Shown: one piece after another, positions 30,186 to 40,540 of the stretch
Numbering within the stretch: position 1 is the stretch's first letter
How the letters are laid out: the number at the start of each line of letters is the position of its first letter
From: Rickettsiales bacterium
GTDB lineage: Bacteria > Pseudomonadota > Alphaproteobacteria > Methylaequorales > Methylaequoraceae
DNA length: 64,000 nt
Reading direction: 5' to 3'
NCBI GenBank assembly: GCA_002691145.1
Contig: NZHE01000026.1
Coordinates: forward strand, 114,546-178,545
Notes under the pieces: model-generated
The model's database searches: none
What the model saw: the letters and a program-made list of their open reading frames with translations, nothing else
Told to the model about the DNA's origin: nothing
Translations under genes and position numbers: made by a program

Positions 30186-30812
30186 ATGTTTCTTTCTCCA
30201 AACCACATCATTGAGGGCTATAAAAAAGGTATTTTTCCAATGTCTAATTCCTCAGATGATCCCTATATTTTTTGGGTAAGTCCTGAAAAAAGAGGTATAA
30301 TTGAGTTAGAAAAATTTAGACTTTCAAAAAGTTTAAAAAAGGAAATTAGAAAAAATAGATTTAAAGTTCAAATAAACAAAAATTTTAAAAAAGTAATAGA
30401 TAACTGCAGGAAACCAGATATTAAGAGAGAATCAACTTGGATTAATCAACAAATCATTGATAATTATTGTTATCTTTTTTTAAACGGATACGCAGTATCA
30501 GTCGAAACGTATGAAAATAATCAACTAGTTGGAGGATTGTATGGTGTTAAAATTGGAGGATTATTTTTTGGAGAAAGTATGTTTAGTAAAACAACAAATG
30601 CAAGTAAAGTAGCGTTAGTTTTTTTGGCAGCACATTTAAAACAAGGAGGTTTTCAAATAATCGATACCCAATTTTTAACTAAGCATCTAGAACAATTTGG
30701 CGCAACTGAAGTATGTAAAAAAGAGTATCTTATAAAACTTAGAAAAAATATTAAAAAAAACATAAGATTTCCAGTTACACTAAAAAAAAATGTGCTAGAT
30801 TATTTTAGTTAA
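30186..30812 (+). CDS. aat: Leucyl/phenylalanyl-tRNA--protein transferase
   Basis: 'GIFPMSNSSDDPYIFWVSPEKRGII', 'GESMFS' motifs of L/F-transferase. ATG at 30186 is preferred over the track start that overlaps accC. Confidence 0.8.
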   Translation: MFLSPNHIIEGYKKGIFPMSNSSDDPYIFWVSPEKRGIIELEKFRLSKSLKKEIRKNRFKVQINKNFKKVIDNCRKPDIKRESTWINQQIIDNYCYLFLNGYAVSVETYENNQLVGGLYGVKIGGLFFGESMFSKTTNASKVALVFLAAHLKQGGFQIIDTQFLTKHLEQFGATEVCKKEYLIKLRKNIKKNIRFPVTLKKNVLDYFS

Positions 30813-31227
30813 GTAATTTAATATTTGGAAATAAAGGATCGTTTTTTAGGCAACTTTCTAATTTAATATCTAGAATTGGATGTTCGATATTATTTAAAGA
30901 TGGAGATGATTTAATCAGCCATCCAAGAAAATCAGGAACATTTGGATTTTTTTCGATAGATTCGAACTTTAATAAAGCCAAGTGTTCATCTATTTTATTT
31001 TTGTCTATAACTACACATTTAAAAACTACAAATTTATGCATTTCTAATTCTAAGGATTGACCAATAGGACTCACTACCTCAAATCTTTTTGTTGAAACTT
31101 TATTAAGGATTTTAAGAACAACTCCATAACCAATTTCCTCTTTGTGAAGCACGTGATCATCCGAATTAGTTGAGGAAAAAGTCACTAATAAAAATGAAAA
31201 AATTAAGAGGCAAAAAAACTTAATCAA
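30805..31227 (-). CDS. Secreted hypothetical protein (signal peptide; possibly DUF2155-like)
   Basis: N-terminal 'MIKFFCLLIFSFLLVTFSS' signal. Small secreted proteins of this type often neighbour the NDUFA12-like gene in alphaproteobacteria. Confidence 0.4.
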   Translation of the reverse strand: MIKFFCLLIFSFLLVTFSSTNSDDHVLHKEEIGYGVVLKILNKVSTKRFEVVSPIGQSLELEMHKFVVFKCVVIDKNKIDEHLALLKFESIEKNPNVPDFLGWLIKSSPSLNNIEHPILDIKLESCLKNDPLFPNIKLLN

Positions 31228-31438
31228 AGGAATATTTTATATTTTTTACAATTCTAAGAATTTTTAATTTTACGTCTAAACTATCACAACCCATCAATAG
31301 TGCATCATCATATAAACTTTGAACCATATTTTCTAATTCATTAATATTTTCGTTTAAAATCTTATTTTTTTCATCGCAAGAGATAATTTTTTTATCCTTT
31401 GCTTTCCATACATATTTGTTTTTTTCTAAATCCATCAA
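31220..31438 (-). CDS. Small hypothetical protein (72 aa)
   Basis: ORF tightly packed between neighbours; no recognisable motif. Confidence 0.25.
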   Translation of the reverse strand: MMDLEKNKYVWKAKDKKIISCDEKNKILNENINELENMVQSLYDDALLMGCDSLDVKLKILRIVKNIKYSFD

Positions 31439-31440
31439 AT

Positions 31441-31923
31441 TTATTGAGTTGCTAAAAATATTATTTTACTTACCTGATCTTCAATCGACTCATAGTCGTT
31501 TACCTTTTCGATTAACTCATTTTTCTGTAAGAATCCAGATGATTTGTCACCAGGAATAATTGATAAATATTTATTACCCAAAATACCCTCACTTGCCACA
31601 CTGACTTGACTATCTTTGGGGATCAAAATATTGCTATATACAAAAAATTTTACTTCAGCAAAATATTCATCATTCAAAGTTACGCTAGATACTGTACCTA
31701 CTTTTACACCCCTTAACTTTACATCATTCCCAACTTGAATTCCTCCGACTTTCAAAAAATTTGCTGATAATTCATAATTTTCATATTCACTTCTATCAAA
31801 GTTTACTGATATATATTTAAACAAAAAGAATGCTGATATTATTAATATTATGAAGCCTATTGCCGACTCAAAGTAATTGCTTTTCATAATTTCCTTTCTA
31901 AATTTATAATTTATTTTCACCAA
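31441..31923 (-). CDS. MlaD/Mce-domain protein (paralog 1), N-terminal TM
   Basis: 'LKVGGIQVGNDVKLRGVKVGTVSSVTL...IPKDSQVSVASEGILGNKYLSIIPG' matches the MlaD substrate-binding domain. Confidence 0.7.
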   Translation of the reverse strand: MVKINYKFRKEIMKSNYFESAIGFIILIISAFFLFKYISVNFDRSEYENYELSANFLKVGGIQVGNDVKLRGVKVGTVSSVTLNDEYFAEVKFFVYSNILIPKDSQVSVASEGILGNKYLSIIPGDKSSGFLQKNELIEKVNDYESIEDQVSKIIFLATQ

Positions 31924-32338
31924 TTTTAATTATTTTACTTAGTAATTCTTCAATTAGCATTGAGTCTTCAGTAAAAATAATTTCATCACCATTTTTTATA
32001 TAATCAAATGAACCCCCAGGCTCTATAGATAAATATTTTCCTCCAAATAATCCGTCTGTCTGTATAGAAATTGAAGAGTCTGATGGTATACCGATTTCTT
32101 TATTTAAACTTATTAAAACTTCTGGTTTGTTTTGATTCAAGGAAATTTTTATCACTTTACCAACTATCACCCCTGATAATCTAACTTCAGAGCCAAGCAA
32201 AAGTCCATCAATTCTATTAAACTTAGCTTTTGCAGTAAAGAGGTTAGCAAAATCATTTTCACCTTTTATAAAAATAAAATTAAAAATAATAGACAAAAAT
32301 ATAATTCCTAAAACAAACTTAAATTTTGATTTATTCAT
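31904..32338 (-). CDS. MlaD/Mce-domain protein (paralog 2), N-terminal TM
   Basis: 'IDGLLLGSEVRLSGVIVGKVIKISL...IPSDSSISIQTDGLFGGKYLSIEPGG' – canonical MlaD pattern. Confidence 0.75.
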   Translation of the reverse strand: MNKSKFKFVLGIIFLSIIFNFIFIKGENDFANLFTAKAKFNRIDGLLLGSEVRLSGVIVGKVIKISLNQNKPEVLISLNKEIGIPSDSSISIQTDGLFGGKYLSIEPGGSFDYIKNGDEIIFTEDSMLIEELLSKIIKIGENKL

Positions 32339-32696
32339 CAGGTTCCCATAATGAGTATTTATTTTCTACCTTACCTCTATTTTTAATACTTTCATAAGTA
32401 TTAGATTTTTCAGTTCCTGTCATATTAGGTAAATGTTTTTTTATCCATCTAGGTTTTCTTTGGTTGTTTTTGGGAATTTCATTAGTAACGTGATGAAGCC
32501 ATGCGTTCCACTCAGGCGGAACTTTGCTAGCTTCAACTTCCCCACTATAAATTACCCATCTTCTTTTTCTATTATTATTTGCAATACTTTTTTTCTTGGA
32601 TGTAAAATACAAATTATTGTAAACATCAACTCCAACCTTTACTGAAAATAGCAAACTAAAAATTCTTAAAAAAAATTGATTATATGATAAATTCAT
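32331..32696 (-). CDS. NADH:ubiquinone oxidoreductase subunit NDUFA12-family protein
   Basis: '[25 protein letters not shown]' – hallmark of bacterial NDUFA12-like proteins. Confidence 0.8.
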   Translation of the reverse strand: MNLSYNQFFLRIFSLLFSVKVGVDVYNNLYFTSKKKSIANNNRKRRWVIYSGEVEASKVPPEWNAWLHHVTNEIPKNNQRKPRWIKKHLPNMTGTEKSNTYESIKNRGKVENKYSLWEPDE

Positions 32697-32737
32697 TCTA
32701 TTTTATATATTTAATTATAATACATGAAAATATCATA

Positions 32738-33565
32738 ATGGTAAAAAAATTAAATACAAAAGAAGTTATTCATATATTCCTTAAAAACCTTAAAGACAAA
32801 TTAAATGAAGATAATTTTGATTTAACTCAAAGGAATAAAATAACAAAAGATATTGATAGTTTTTTAGCAAGTTCTAATGTCGCATCAAAATATTCAAAAG
32901 TTGTTAGAAATAGATTGCCACATAGAAGAAAGGGATATACCCAAAAAGCTTCAATTAATAGTCATAAAGTTTATCTTAGAACAGGTGAATATATGGATGG
33001 TTCGTTAGGAGAGATCTTTATTGATATGCATAAAGAGGGTGCCTCTTTCAGAAGTTTAATGAATAATTTTGCAATTTCTATATCTATAGGATTACAGTAT
33101 GGAGTGCCATTGGAAGAATTTGTAGAGGCATTTACATTTACAAAATTTGAACCAAGTGGTAAAGTTAAAGGAAATGAAGAAATAAAATTTTCTACTTCTA
33201 TACTTGATTATATTTTTAAAGAGTTAGCTATTTCTTATCTTGGAAGAGATGATTTCAGTAATATCGAAGATAATAGCCAGACCACAGAATTGAATCCAGA
33301 AAAAAATTATTTATCTGAAAATGATGAAGACAAAGAAAAGTTTTTACTTTCTTTTACAAGCAAAGGATATATAAGAAAAAAAATTTATGATAATAACCTT
33401 ACTCTTATAACTAATACGAGTAAAAACCTAAAGACAAATAAAGATTTAAAAAAAGATAAACAAGACTTTGAGGAAGATCCATGCAGTAAATGTGGCAACT
33501 TCACAAAATATAGACAAAGTAATTATCTGATTTGTTTATCCTGCGATTTTAAACAAAAGGTGTAG
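32738..33565 (+). CDS. TSCPD-domain protein (class II ribonucleotide-reductase C-terminal-like domain) with C-terminal Cys4 zinc ribbon
   Basis: '[48 protein letters not shown]' closely resembles the conserved segment of NrdJ-type RNR C-termini and standalone TSCPD proteins. C-terminal 'CSKCGN...CLSCDF'. Start taken at 'MVKKLN'. Confidence 0.55.
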   Translation: MVKKLNTKEVIHIFLKNLKDKLNEDNFDLTQRNKITKDIDSFLASSNVASKYSKVVRNRLPHRRKGYTQKASINSHKVYLRTGEYMDGSLGEIFIDMHKEGASFRSLMNNFAISISIGLQYGVPLEEFVEAFTFTKFEPSGKVKGNEEIKFSTSILDYIFKELAISYLGRDDFSNIEDNSQTTELNPEKNYLSENDEDKEKFLLSFTSKGYIRKKIYDNNLTLITNTSKNLKTNKDLKKDKQDFEEDPCSKCGNFTKYRQSNYLICLSCDFKQKV

Positions 33566-33663
33566 ACATATTTATTGTAAATAATTTAAAAAAACTTGGT
33601 TTTGAAACAGATCATAAACCCAAAAATTTAGCTTTTTATAAGCCTTACACAATTTCCAACAAT

Positions 33664-34038
33664 TTGATTTTTATTTCTGGTCAACTTCCAACATTGAATA
33701 GTGAGATTATATTTTCAGGAAAAATTGGGGAAGATTTAAGTGAAAATGATGCAAAAAAAGCTGTTAGACAAGCAACTTGTAACTTACTGTTAACTCTTAA
33801 TTTAGCTATCAGTGAAAATAATTTGAAAAAAAATTTCATAAAAATGACTAATCTTAAAGGATACATTAATTCTAATAGTAATTTTTTTAATCACTCCAAA
33901 ATCCTAAATGAAGCATCTGAAATGGTCGTATATGTTATGGGAGAAAAAAATGGCATGCATTCTAGAAGTGTTATTGGGGTAAATTCACTTCCATTTAATT
34001 CATCAGTTGAAATTGAGGGTATTTTTTCAATATCTTAA
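33664..34038 (+). CDS. ridA: RidA/YjgF/TdcF family reactive-intermediate deaminase (start probably further upstream on a non-ATG codon)
   Basis: 'LIFISGQLP' + 'AVRQATCNL' family motifs. The in-frame upstream extension 'KPKNLAFYKPYTISNN' still matches the family N-terminus and lacks an ATG. Confidence 0.65.
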   Translation: MIFISGQLPTLNSEIIFSGKIGEDLSENDAKKAVRQATCNLLLTLNLAISENNLKKNFIKMTNLKGYINSNSNFFNHSKILNEASEMVVYVMGEKNGMHSRSVIGVNSLPFNSSVEIEGIFSIS

Positions 34039-34040
34039 TT

Positions 34041-35186
34041 ATGCAACAAAGAAAAAATCTAGAAATTTCATGTGTTAAGAGTGTAACTGAAATTCCAAAA
34101 AGTACTTGGAATATGCTCTCAAAGAATAATATTTTAACTGATTATGACTTTTTTCATGCGCTCGAAATAAGTCAGTGTACCTCTGATAAAACAGGTTGGA
34201 TTCCAAATCATATCGTTTTTAAACTTGATAAAATAGTTGTAGCTATAATTCCTACATTTAAAAAATTAAATTCATTTGGAGAATATGTTTTTGATCATTC
34301 ATGGGCAGATGCTTATCACAGAATGGGAATTAATTATTATCCAAAACTTTTAACTGCAATTCCTTTCACACCTATAAATACGGACAAAATTCTTGTAAAT
34401 AAAATTTATGTTGAAAGATTTGACGAAATTATAACTAAGCTCAGAGAATATTTATTAAGTTATAATCTCTCATCTTACCACATAAACTTTATTAATTTAA
34501 AAGATTCTGATAAATTAAAAAATTTTAATTTTTTTCAAAGAACAGGCATACAATATCATTGGAAAAATAATCATTATTCCAATTTTAATGATTTTTTATC
34601 CGAGTTCAGATCAAAAAAAAAAAAAAATATAGTTAAAGAAAGGAATTATCTTATTAAAAATAAGATCAAGATTTCCCAATTAATCGGTGATGAAATTTCA
34701 AAGGATGATTTAAATTTTTTTTACAAATGCTATTCTAATACCATTGAAAAAAAATGGTCACAAAAATATCTTAATTTGAATTTTTTTGAAAATATACTTA
34801 AATCTAATCTCAAAAAAAAAATACTATTAATCACAGCTAAAGATAATGATGAAAATTATTTAGCCTGTTCACTAAACTTTATAGATAAGGACAAATTAAT
34901 TGGAAGATATTGGGGTTGTCAGAATGAGATTCCTTTCCTTCATTTTGAACTTTGTTATTATCAAACTATTGATTTCTGCATTAAAAATAATATCAACCTT
35001 ATAGAAGCAGGAGCGCAAGGTGAACATAAGATTGCCCGAGGTTATAGACCAACACTCACATTTTCAAATCATTGGGTAAATAACAAAGTAATGGAGGAAC
35101 CTATTGCAAATTTTTTGAGTCATGAGAACAAAGTAATAAAAAGAAATTTATCTTTTTTGAATAATTACCTTCCTTTTAAAAAATAA
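34041..35186 (+). CDS. FemAB-like/BioF2-like GNAT-fold N-acyltransferase family protein (DUF482-type)
   Basis: 'HFELCYYQTIDFCIKNNINLIEAGAQGEHKIARGYRPTLTFSNHW' matches the conserved C-terminal block of this family; 381 aa. Confidence 0.5.
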   Translation: MQQRKNLEISCVKSVTEIPKSTWNMLSKNNILTDYDFFHALEISQCTSDKTGWIPNHIVFKLDKIVVAIIPTFKKLNSFGEYVFDHSWADAYHRMGINYYPKLLTAIPFTPINTDKILVNKIYVERFDEIITKLREYLLSYNLSSYHINFINLKDSDKLKNFNFFQRTGIQYHWKNNHYSNFNDFLSEFRSKKKKNIVKERNYLIKNKIKISQLIGDEISKDDLNFFYKCYSNTIEKKWSQKYLNLNFFENILKSNLKKKILLITAKDNDENYLACSLNFIDKDKLIGRYWGCQNEIPFLHFELCYYQTIDFCIKNNINLIEAGAQGEHKIARGYRPTLTFSNHWVNNKVMEEPIANFLSHENKVIKRNLSFLNNYLPFKK

Positions 35187-35189
35187 TTT

Positions 35190-37460
35190 CTATTTCTTTA
35201 CTATTTTAGGAACTTTATTAGGTTTTATTTTGATTTCTATCCCATCCTTGGACTTATTTAAAGCAATTGAGATATGCCCACCATTTTTCAATTTGCCGTC
35301 TAGAATATCATTAGCAATTGGAACCTTTATTTGGTCCTTTATAACTTTAGCCATCGGACGTGCACCGTTATAGGGATCAAATCCTTTTTTTAATAACCAT
35401 TTTTTTGCGTTCACTGTGATTTCTAATGTTAAATTTTTGGATGTAAAAATTGTTTCTAACTCAAAAATGAATTTATCAACAACCTTTAACGCATTTGCTT
35501 CACTTAATTTTGAAAATTGAATTATTGCATCAAGCCTATTTTTAAATTCTGGGCTAAAATACTGATTAATTGAATCCTCTATATCTATGTTGCTTTCGTT
35601 TCCAAGAAACCCAATTTTTTCTTTAAACAGCTCTCTAGCTCCCACATTACTTGTCATTATTATTATCGCATTTGTAAAATCAACTGTCTTACCAAGATGA
35701 TCTGTTAGTTTTCCATAATCAAAAACTTGAAGTAAGATATTGAACAAGTCTGGATGAGCTTTTTCTATTTCATCTAACAATAAAACGCTATGTGGTTCTT
35801 TATCTATTGAATCTGTTAACAAACCACCTTGATCGTAACCCACATAGCCTGGAGGTGCTCCAATGAGCTTTGAAACACTATGTCTCTCCATATATTCAGA
35901 CATATCGAATCTTATAAAATTTATACCAAGGATATTTGACAACTGCTTAGCTAATTCTGTTTTACCGACACCCGTAGGACCCGTAAAAAGGTATGAACCA
36001 ATAGGCTTTGAATTATTATTTAGGCCTGCTTTTGATAACTTCACAGCAGATGACAACTGTTTAACGGCCTTGTCTTGTCCAAAAATTAGGGTTTTTAAAT
36101 TTCTTTCTAAGTTTTTAAATTTTGTCTTCTCGGTGCTTGATATAGTCTTTCTTGGAATTTTAGCCATCTTTGAAATGACAATTTCAATATCACTGACGTT
36201 AACTATTTTTTTATTTCTTCTAGAATCTATCTTCACTGCTGCTGCTGCCTCATCTAAAATATCAATAGCCTTGTCTGGTAACTTTCTGTCTGAGATGTAT
36301 TTTTTCGATAGTTCGACGGCCAATTTGAAACAATCTGACTCATACTTTATATTATGAAAATTTTCATAATAAAACTTAATTCCTTGAAGGATTTTAATTG
36401 AATCTTCAGAGGAGGGTTCATCAATATCAACTTTCTGAAATCTTCTACTTAGTGCCCTGTCTTTTTCAAAAAAATTTCTATATTCCGAATAAGTAGTTGA
36501 GCCAATACATCTCAATGTTCTTTTAGATAGTGCAGGTTTAAGTAAATTGGATGCATCCATTGTTCCAGAGTTTGTGCCACCTGCTCCAATCAATGTGTGA
36601 ATTTCATCAATGAATAATATAAAATCATCATTTTTTTCAAAAATATTAATTATTTTTTTCAGTCTTTCTTCAAAGTCACCTCTGTATCTGGTACCTGCAA
36701 TTAGCGAACCTAAATCTAAAGAAAATAAAGTAGAATTATTTAAGTTATCAGGAACATTATTGTTAACGATTTCAATCGCCAAACCCTCAGCTAATGCTGT
36801 TTTTCCAACACCTGGGTCACCTACGAAAATTGGGTTATTTTTATTTCTTCTTGATAGAATTTGAATTGTTCTAGATATTTCATCCTCTCTCCCAATAATT
36901 TTATCAATTTTATTAGATGAAGCTTTTTTATTTAGATTAGTACAGTATTTTTCTAGAAAATTTTCTTTTACTTTATTTGCAGCATCATTTTCATTGAAAT
37001 TCTCTTGTGAGAAAATTTCTTCATCATCATTTTTTTCTGTTCCATGAGATATATAATTAATTACATCAAGTCTTGTTAAATCCTGTTTTTGGAGAAAATA
37101 AACTGCATGAGATTCTCTTTCAGAATATAAAGCAGCAAGTATGTTCTGACCGTTAGCTTCTTTTTTACCAGAAGATTGAACATGAATCACAGCCCTTTGT
37201 ATAACTCTCTGAAAACCTAGAGTTGGCTTTGGTTCAAAGTCTTCTTTTATGACTAAGTCATTAAGTTTATTTTGTATAAAATCATCAACTTCTCTTTTTA
37301 AAAGTTCAAAATTAACATCGCATGCTTTAAATATTTTCATTGCATCAAGATCATCTAACAAAGCAAACAAAAGGTGTTCTAGTGTAATAAACTGGTGGTT
37401 ACATACTATAGCCTTATCAAGTGCTTTTTGTACGGTCTTTTCAAGCTCGTCAGATAACAT
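35190..37460 (-). CDS. clpA: ATP-dependent Clp protease ATP-binding subunit ClpA
   Basis: N-domain 'LEHLLFALL', two AAA+ modules with Walker A 'GDPGVGKT' and 'GPTGVGKT'. Start at 'MLSDEL', which overlaps the clpS stop as TAATG. Confidence 0.9.
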   Translation of the reverse strand: MLSDELEKTVQKALDKAIVCNHQFITLEHLLFALLDDLDAMKIFKACDVNFELLKREVDDFIQNKLNDLVIKEDFEPKPTLGFQRVIQRAVIHVQSSGKKEANGQNILAALYSERESHAVYFLQKQDLTRLDVINYISHGTEKNDDEEIFSQENFNENDAANKVKENFLEKYCTNLNKKASSNKIDKIIGREDEISRTIQILSRRNKNNPIFVGDPGVGKTALAEGLAIEIVNNNVPDNLNNSTLFSLDLGSLIAGTRYRGDFEERLKKIINIFEKNDDFILFIDEIHTLIGAGGTNSGTMDASNLLKPALSKRTLRCIGSTTYSEYRNFFEKDRALSRRFQKVDIDEPSSEDSIKILQGIKFYYENFHNIKYESDCFKLAVELSKKYISDRKLPDKAIDILDEAAAAVKIDSRRNKKIVNVSDIEIVISKMAKIPRKTISSTEKTKFKNLERNLKTLIFGQDKAVKQLSSAVKLSKAGLNNNSKPIGSYLFTGPTGVGKTELAKQLSNILGINFIRFDMSEYMERHSVSKLIGAPPGYVGYDQGGLLTDSIDKEPHSVLLLDEIEKAHPDLFNILLQVFDYGKLTDHLGKTVDFTNAIIIMTSNVGARELFKEKIGFLGNESNIDIEDSINQYFSPEFKNRLDAIIQFSKLSEANALKVVDKFIFELETIFTSKNLTLEITVNAKKWLLKKGFDPYNGARPMAKVIKDQIKVPIANDILDGKLKNGGHISIALNKSKDGIEIKIKPNKVPKIVKK

Positions 37461-37792
37461 TATTCTTTCTCCAAAATACATTTAAGCGGATGTTCATCAT
37501 TCTTGGCCATTTGATTGACAGTTTTGACTTTAGTTTCAGCAACCTCAAGAGTGTAAACCCCACAAACACCAGAACCTTTTTTATGAACTGTAAGCATTAT
37601 ATTAACTGCTTGATCTTGAGACCTATTAAAAACTTTTTTTAACAGTGTGACAACATACTCCATTGGAGTGTAATCGTCGTTGAGCAAAATAACTTTATAA
37701 AGCTTTGGTTTTTTTACTTTAATGGATTCTCTTGAGATGACGGCAATTTCATCAACGTTATTATTATTTTTGTAGGTATTTTTATTTGGCAT
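37460..37792 (-). CDS. clpS: ATP-dependent Clp protease adaptor ClpS
   Basis: 'YKVILLNDDYTPMEYVV' core motif; immediately upstream of clpA. Confidence 0.9.
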   Translation of the reverse strand: MPNKNTYKNNNNVDEIAVISRESIKVKKPKLYKVILLNDDYTPMEYVVTLLKKVFNRSQDQAVNIMLTVHKKGSGVCGVYTLEVAETKVKTVNQMAKNDEHPLKCILEKE

Positions 37793-37838
37793 AATTTAAC
37801 TTCGTTATATATAAAAATAGAAAAAAAAAATTACAGTT

Positions 37839-39212
37839 TCAAGCAATTATTTGATTACTTAGATCTTTACTTATCTTTTTTAGTTCGAGCTTAACCTTTG
37901 AGACTATTTTTTTTAAATTATCTTCAGAATTTGCCTCACATCTGATAACTAAACATGGTTGTGTGTTTGATGCACGTAATAACCACCAACCCTCTTCTTC
38001 TTTAACCCTCAAACCATCAATTAAAATTGCATTTCTATTCTTTTGATTTCTAACTATTTTTTCAACAACAGAAAACTTTAATTCGTCGGAACACTCAATT
38101 CTAATTTCCGGTGTATTAAAAGTTTTTGGAAAGTTATTCACTATCTCAGATAATTTTTTTTCAGAACTCGATACCAAATTAATAAGTCTTACAGCAGCAT
38201 ATAATGCATCATCATAACCATAATATTTATCAGCAAAAAACATATGACCACTCATCTCTCCAGCAATATCTGCTTTTTCTTTCTTCATCATTTGCTTTAT
38301 GAGACTATGACCTGTTTTTGACATAAAGGATTGGCCACCAATTTTTTTTATGTAATCAAATAAAACTTGACTGCACTTCACATCGGCAATAATTTTTGCA
38401 TCATTTTTTTTTAAAATTAATTCTTGAGCATAGATTAGTAATAATATATCTCCAGGAACTATCTTTCCATTGTTGTCCACAACACCAATACGATCTCCAT
38501 CTCCATCAAATGCGATTCCAAAATCTAGTTTTTTTTCTTTCACTACATTAATAACATCTTTTAAATTTTCTGGCACAGAGGGATCAGGATGATGATTAGG
38601 AAAATTTCCGTCAATGTTACAAAATAATAAAACTTGATTTCCTTTAACAGACTTAGATAAACTTTTCATTACCTCTCCTGCTGAACCGTTACCTGCATCC
38701 CAGGCTATGTTTAATTCTTTTTTTTGATTTAAACATGTTATAAGTTTGTTTACATATTTTATTTTTGTCACCAGTTTTCTTGATTTTAAAGAACTTTGTT
38801 TTTTTTTATATTCAATTGTCTTATCTGTGAGTTTTTTTAGTTCTTTTCCGAAAAAAGGGCTATTATTTTTTATTACCTTAAATCCATTATGACTCGCTGG
38901 ATTATGAGAACCAGTTATCATGATTCCAGCCTCAGCATCATTTAAATATGAGGAATAATAAAGCATAGGAGTTGGGCCAACTTCAATTTCAAATACATTT
39001 GCTCCCCCGTTTATTAAACCTTTAAGTAAATATTCTTTCAAAGGTAATGAGGAATGTCTTCCATCCATACCCACATTTACAATCTTATTACCGATTAATG
39101 TTTTAGCAAAAATATAACCAAATATTTCAGCATCTATTAGATTTAGAGATTCTTTAAAAACTCCTCTAATATCATATTCTCGAATGATAAATGGATTAAA
39201 CTTATGTTTCAT
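37839..39212 (-). CDS. Phosphomannomutase/phosphoglucomutase
   Basis: Active-site 'TGSHNPASHNGFK', Mg-binding 'FDGDGDR', sugar-binding 'GEMSGH'. Confidence 0.85.
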   Translation of the reverse strand: MKHKFNPFIIREYDIRGVFKESLNLIDAEIFGYIFAKTLIGNKIVNVGMDGRHSSLPLKEYLLKGLINGGANVFEIEVGPTPMLYYSSYLNDAEAGIMITGSHNPASHNGFKVIKNNSPFFGKELKKLTDKTIEYKKKQSSLKSRKLVTKIKYVNKLITCLNQKKELNIAWDAGNGSAGEVMKSLSKSVKGNQVLLFCNIDGNFPNHHPDPSVPENLKDVINVVKEKKLDFGIAFDGDGDRIGVVDNNGKIVPGDILLLIYAQELILKKNDAKIIADVKCSQVLFDYIKKIGGQSFMSKTGHSLIKQMMKKEKADIAGEMSGHMFFADKYYGYDDALYAAVRLINLVSSSEKKLSEIVNNFPKTFNTPEIRIECSDELKFSVVEKIVRNQKNRNAILIDGLRVKEEEGWWLLRASNTQPCLVIRCEANSEDNLKKIVSKVKLELKKISKDLSNQIIA

Positions 39213-40540
39213 TTAAAAATCTTATTTGGTCTTCCTAAAGAATAATATTTGAAACCCATTTCAATCATTTCTTTAGGATTGTATATGTTCCTAAAGTCAA
39301 TCAATACTGGTTCTTTTAATAAATTCTTTATTTTTTCTAGATTCAATGCTCTAAATTGATTCCATTCTGTTAATATAATAAGTGCATCTGAATTCTCTAC
39401 TGCTTCATATGTCTCATTGAACCATTGAATTTCTGTAAAATATTTTTTGAATTTTTTTTTTGCTTCTCTCATTCCCTCAGGATCATACAAATTAATTTTC
39501 ACACCCTCTTTAATAAGTGCTGGAACTAGATCCAAACTAGGACTATCTCTCATGTCGTCTGTGTTTGGTTTAAAAGTTAATCCTAAAATTGTTAATGTTT
39601 TATTTTTTAAATTGTAGCCACATACCTCCATAACTTTTTTATAGAGATTTTGTTTTCTTTGATTATTACTTTTAACTACATGTTCAATTAATCCTAAATT
39701 AAAATTGTGTTCTTGTGCTGTTTTAACCAGTGCTAGAGTATCTTTAGGAAAACAAGAGCCTCCATAACCTGGTCCTGGATGAAGAAATTTTTTACCAATT
39801 CTTCCATCTAAACCAATCCCAGTTGATACGTCTCCAATATTGGCACCAACTTTTTCACAAAGTTCTGACATCTCATTTATAAAAGTAATTTTTGTTGCCA
39901 AGAAAGAATTAGCAGCGTACTTTATTAGTTCTGATGTTTCCCTTTTGGTAAAAATTATAGGTGTTTCCAAAAGATACAAAGGTCTATAAAGTTCACTTAA
40001 TAATTTTTTTGCTTTATCGCTTTCACAACCAATAACAATACGATCAGGTCTCATAAAATCGTCGATAGCTGAGCCTTCTCTTAAAAATTCTGGATTTGAC
40101 GCCACATCGAAGTTAAGTCTGTTATTTTCTTTCTTAATAATCTCAAACACACGTTTGCCAGTTCCTACAGGCACAGTTGATTTGTTAACTACAACAGCAT
40201 AATGATTTAACTTTTTTCCAATTTCTTGTGCAACTTTAAAAACAAAGCTCAGATCAGCATGCCCATTGTCTTTTCTGGGAGGCGTTCCTACTGCAATAAA
40301 TATTACCTGGGAATCCAAAATTGATTTAGAAAGATCTGTTTCAAATTTTAATCTCTTCTGCTCAAGATTCTTTTTTACTAAAGATTCCAAACCAGGTTCA
40401 TATATGGGAATAATACCTTTTTTTAAATTTTTAATTTTTTCTATATTATTATCTACACATGTTACATCTACTCCAAACTCTGCAAAGCAAGTTCCAGAAA
40501 CTAAACCAACATATCCTGTTCCTATAATTGTGATTTTCAT
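39209..40540 (-). CDS. ugd: UDP-glucose 6-dehydrogenase
   Basis: Rossmann 'MKITIIGTGYVGLVSG', catalytic Cys region 'GGSCFPKD'. Confidence 0.85.
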   Translation of the reverse strand: MKITIIGTGYVGLVSGTCFAEFGVDVTCVDNNIEKIKNLKKGIIPIYEPGLESLVKKNLEQKRLKFETDLSKSILDSQVIFIAVGTPPRKDNGHADLSFVFKVAQEIGKKLNHYAVVVNKSTVPVGTGKRVFEIIKKENNRLNFDVASNPEFLREGSAIDDFMRPDRIVIGCESDKAKKLLSELYRPLYLLETPIIFTKRETSELIKYAANSFLATKITFINEMSELCEKVGANIGDVSTGIGLDGRIGKKFLHPGPGYGGSCFPKDTLALVKTAQEHNFNLGLIEHVVKSNNQRKQNLYKKVMEVCGYNLKNKTLTILGLTFKPNTDDMRDSPSLDLVPALIKEGVKINLYDPEGMREAKKKFKKYFTEIQWFNETYEAVENSDALIILTEWNQFRALNLEKIKNLLKEPVLIDFRNIYNPKEMIEMGFKYYSLGRPNKIFK

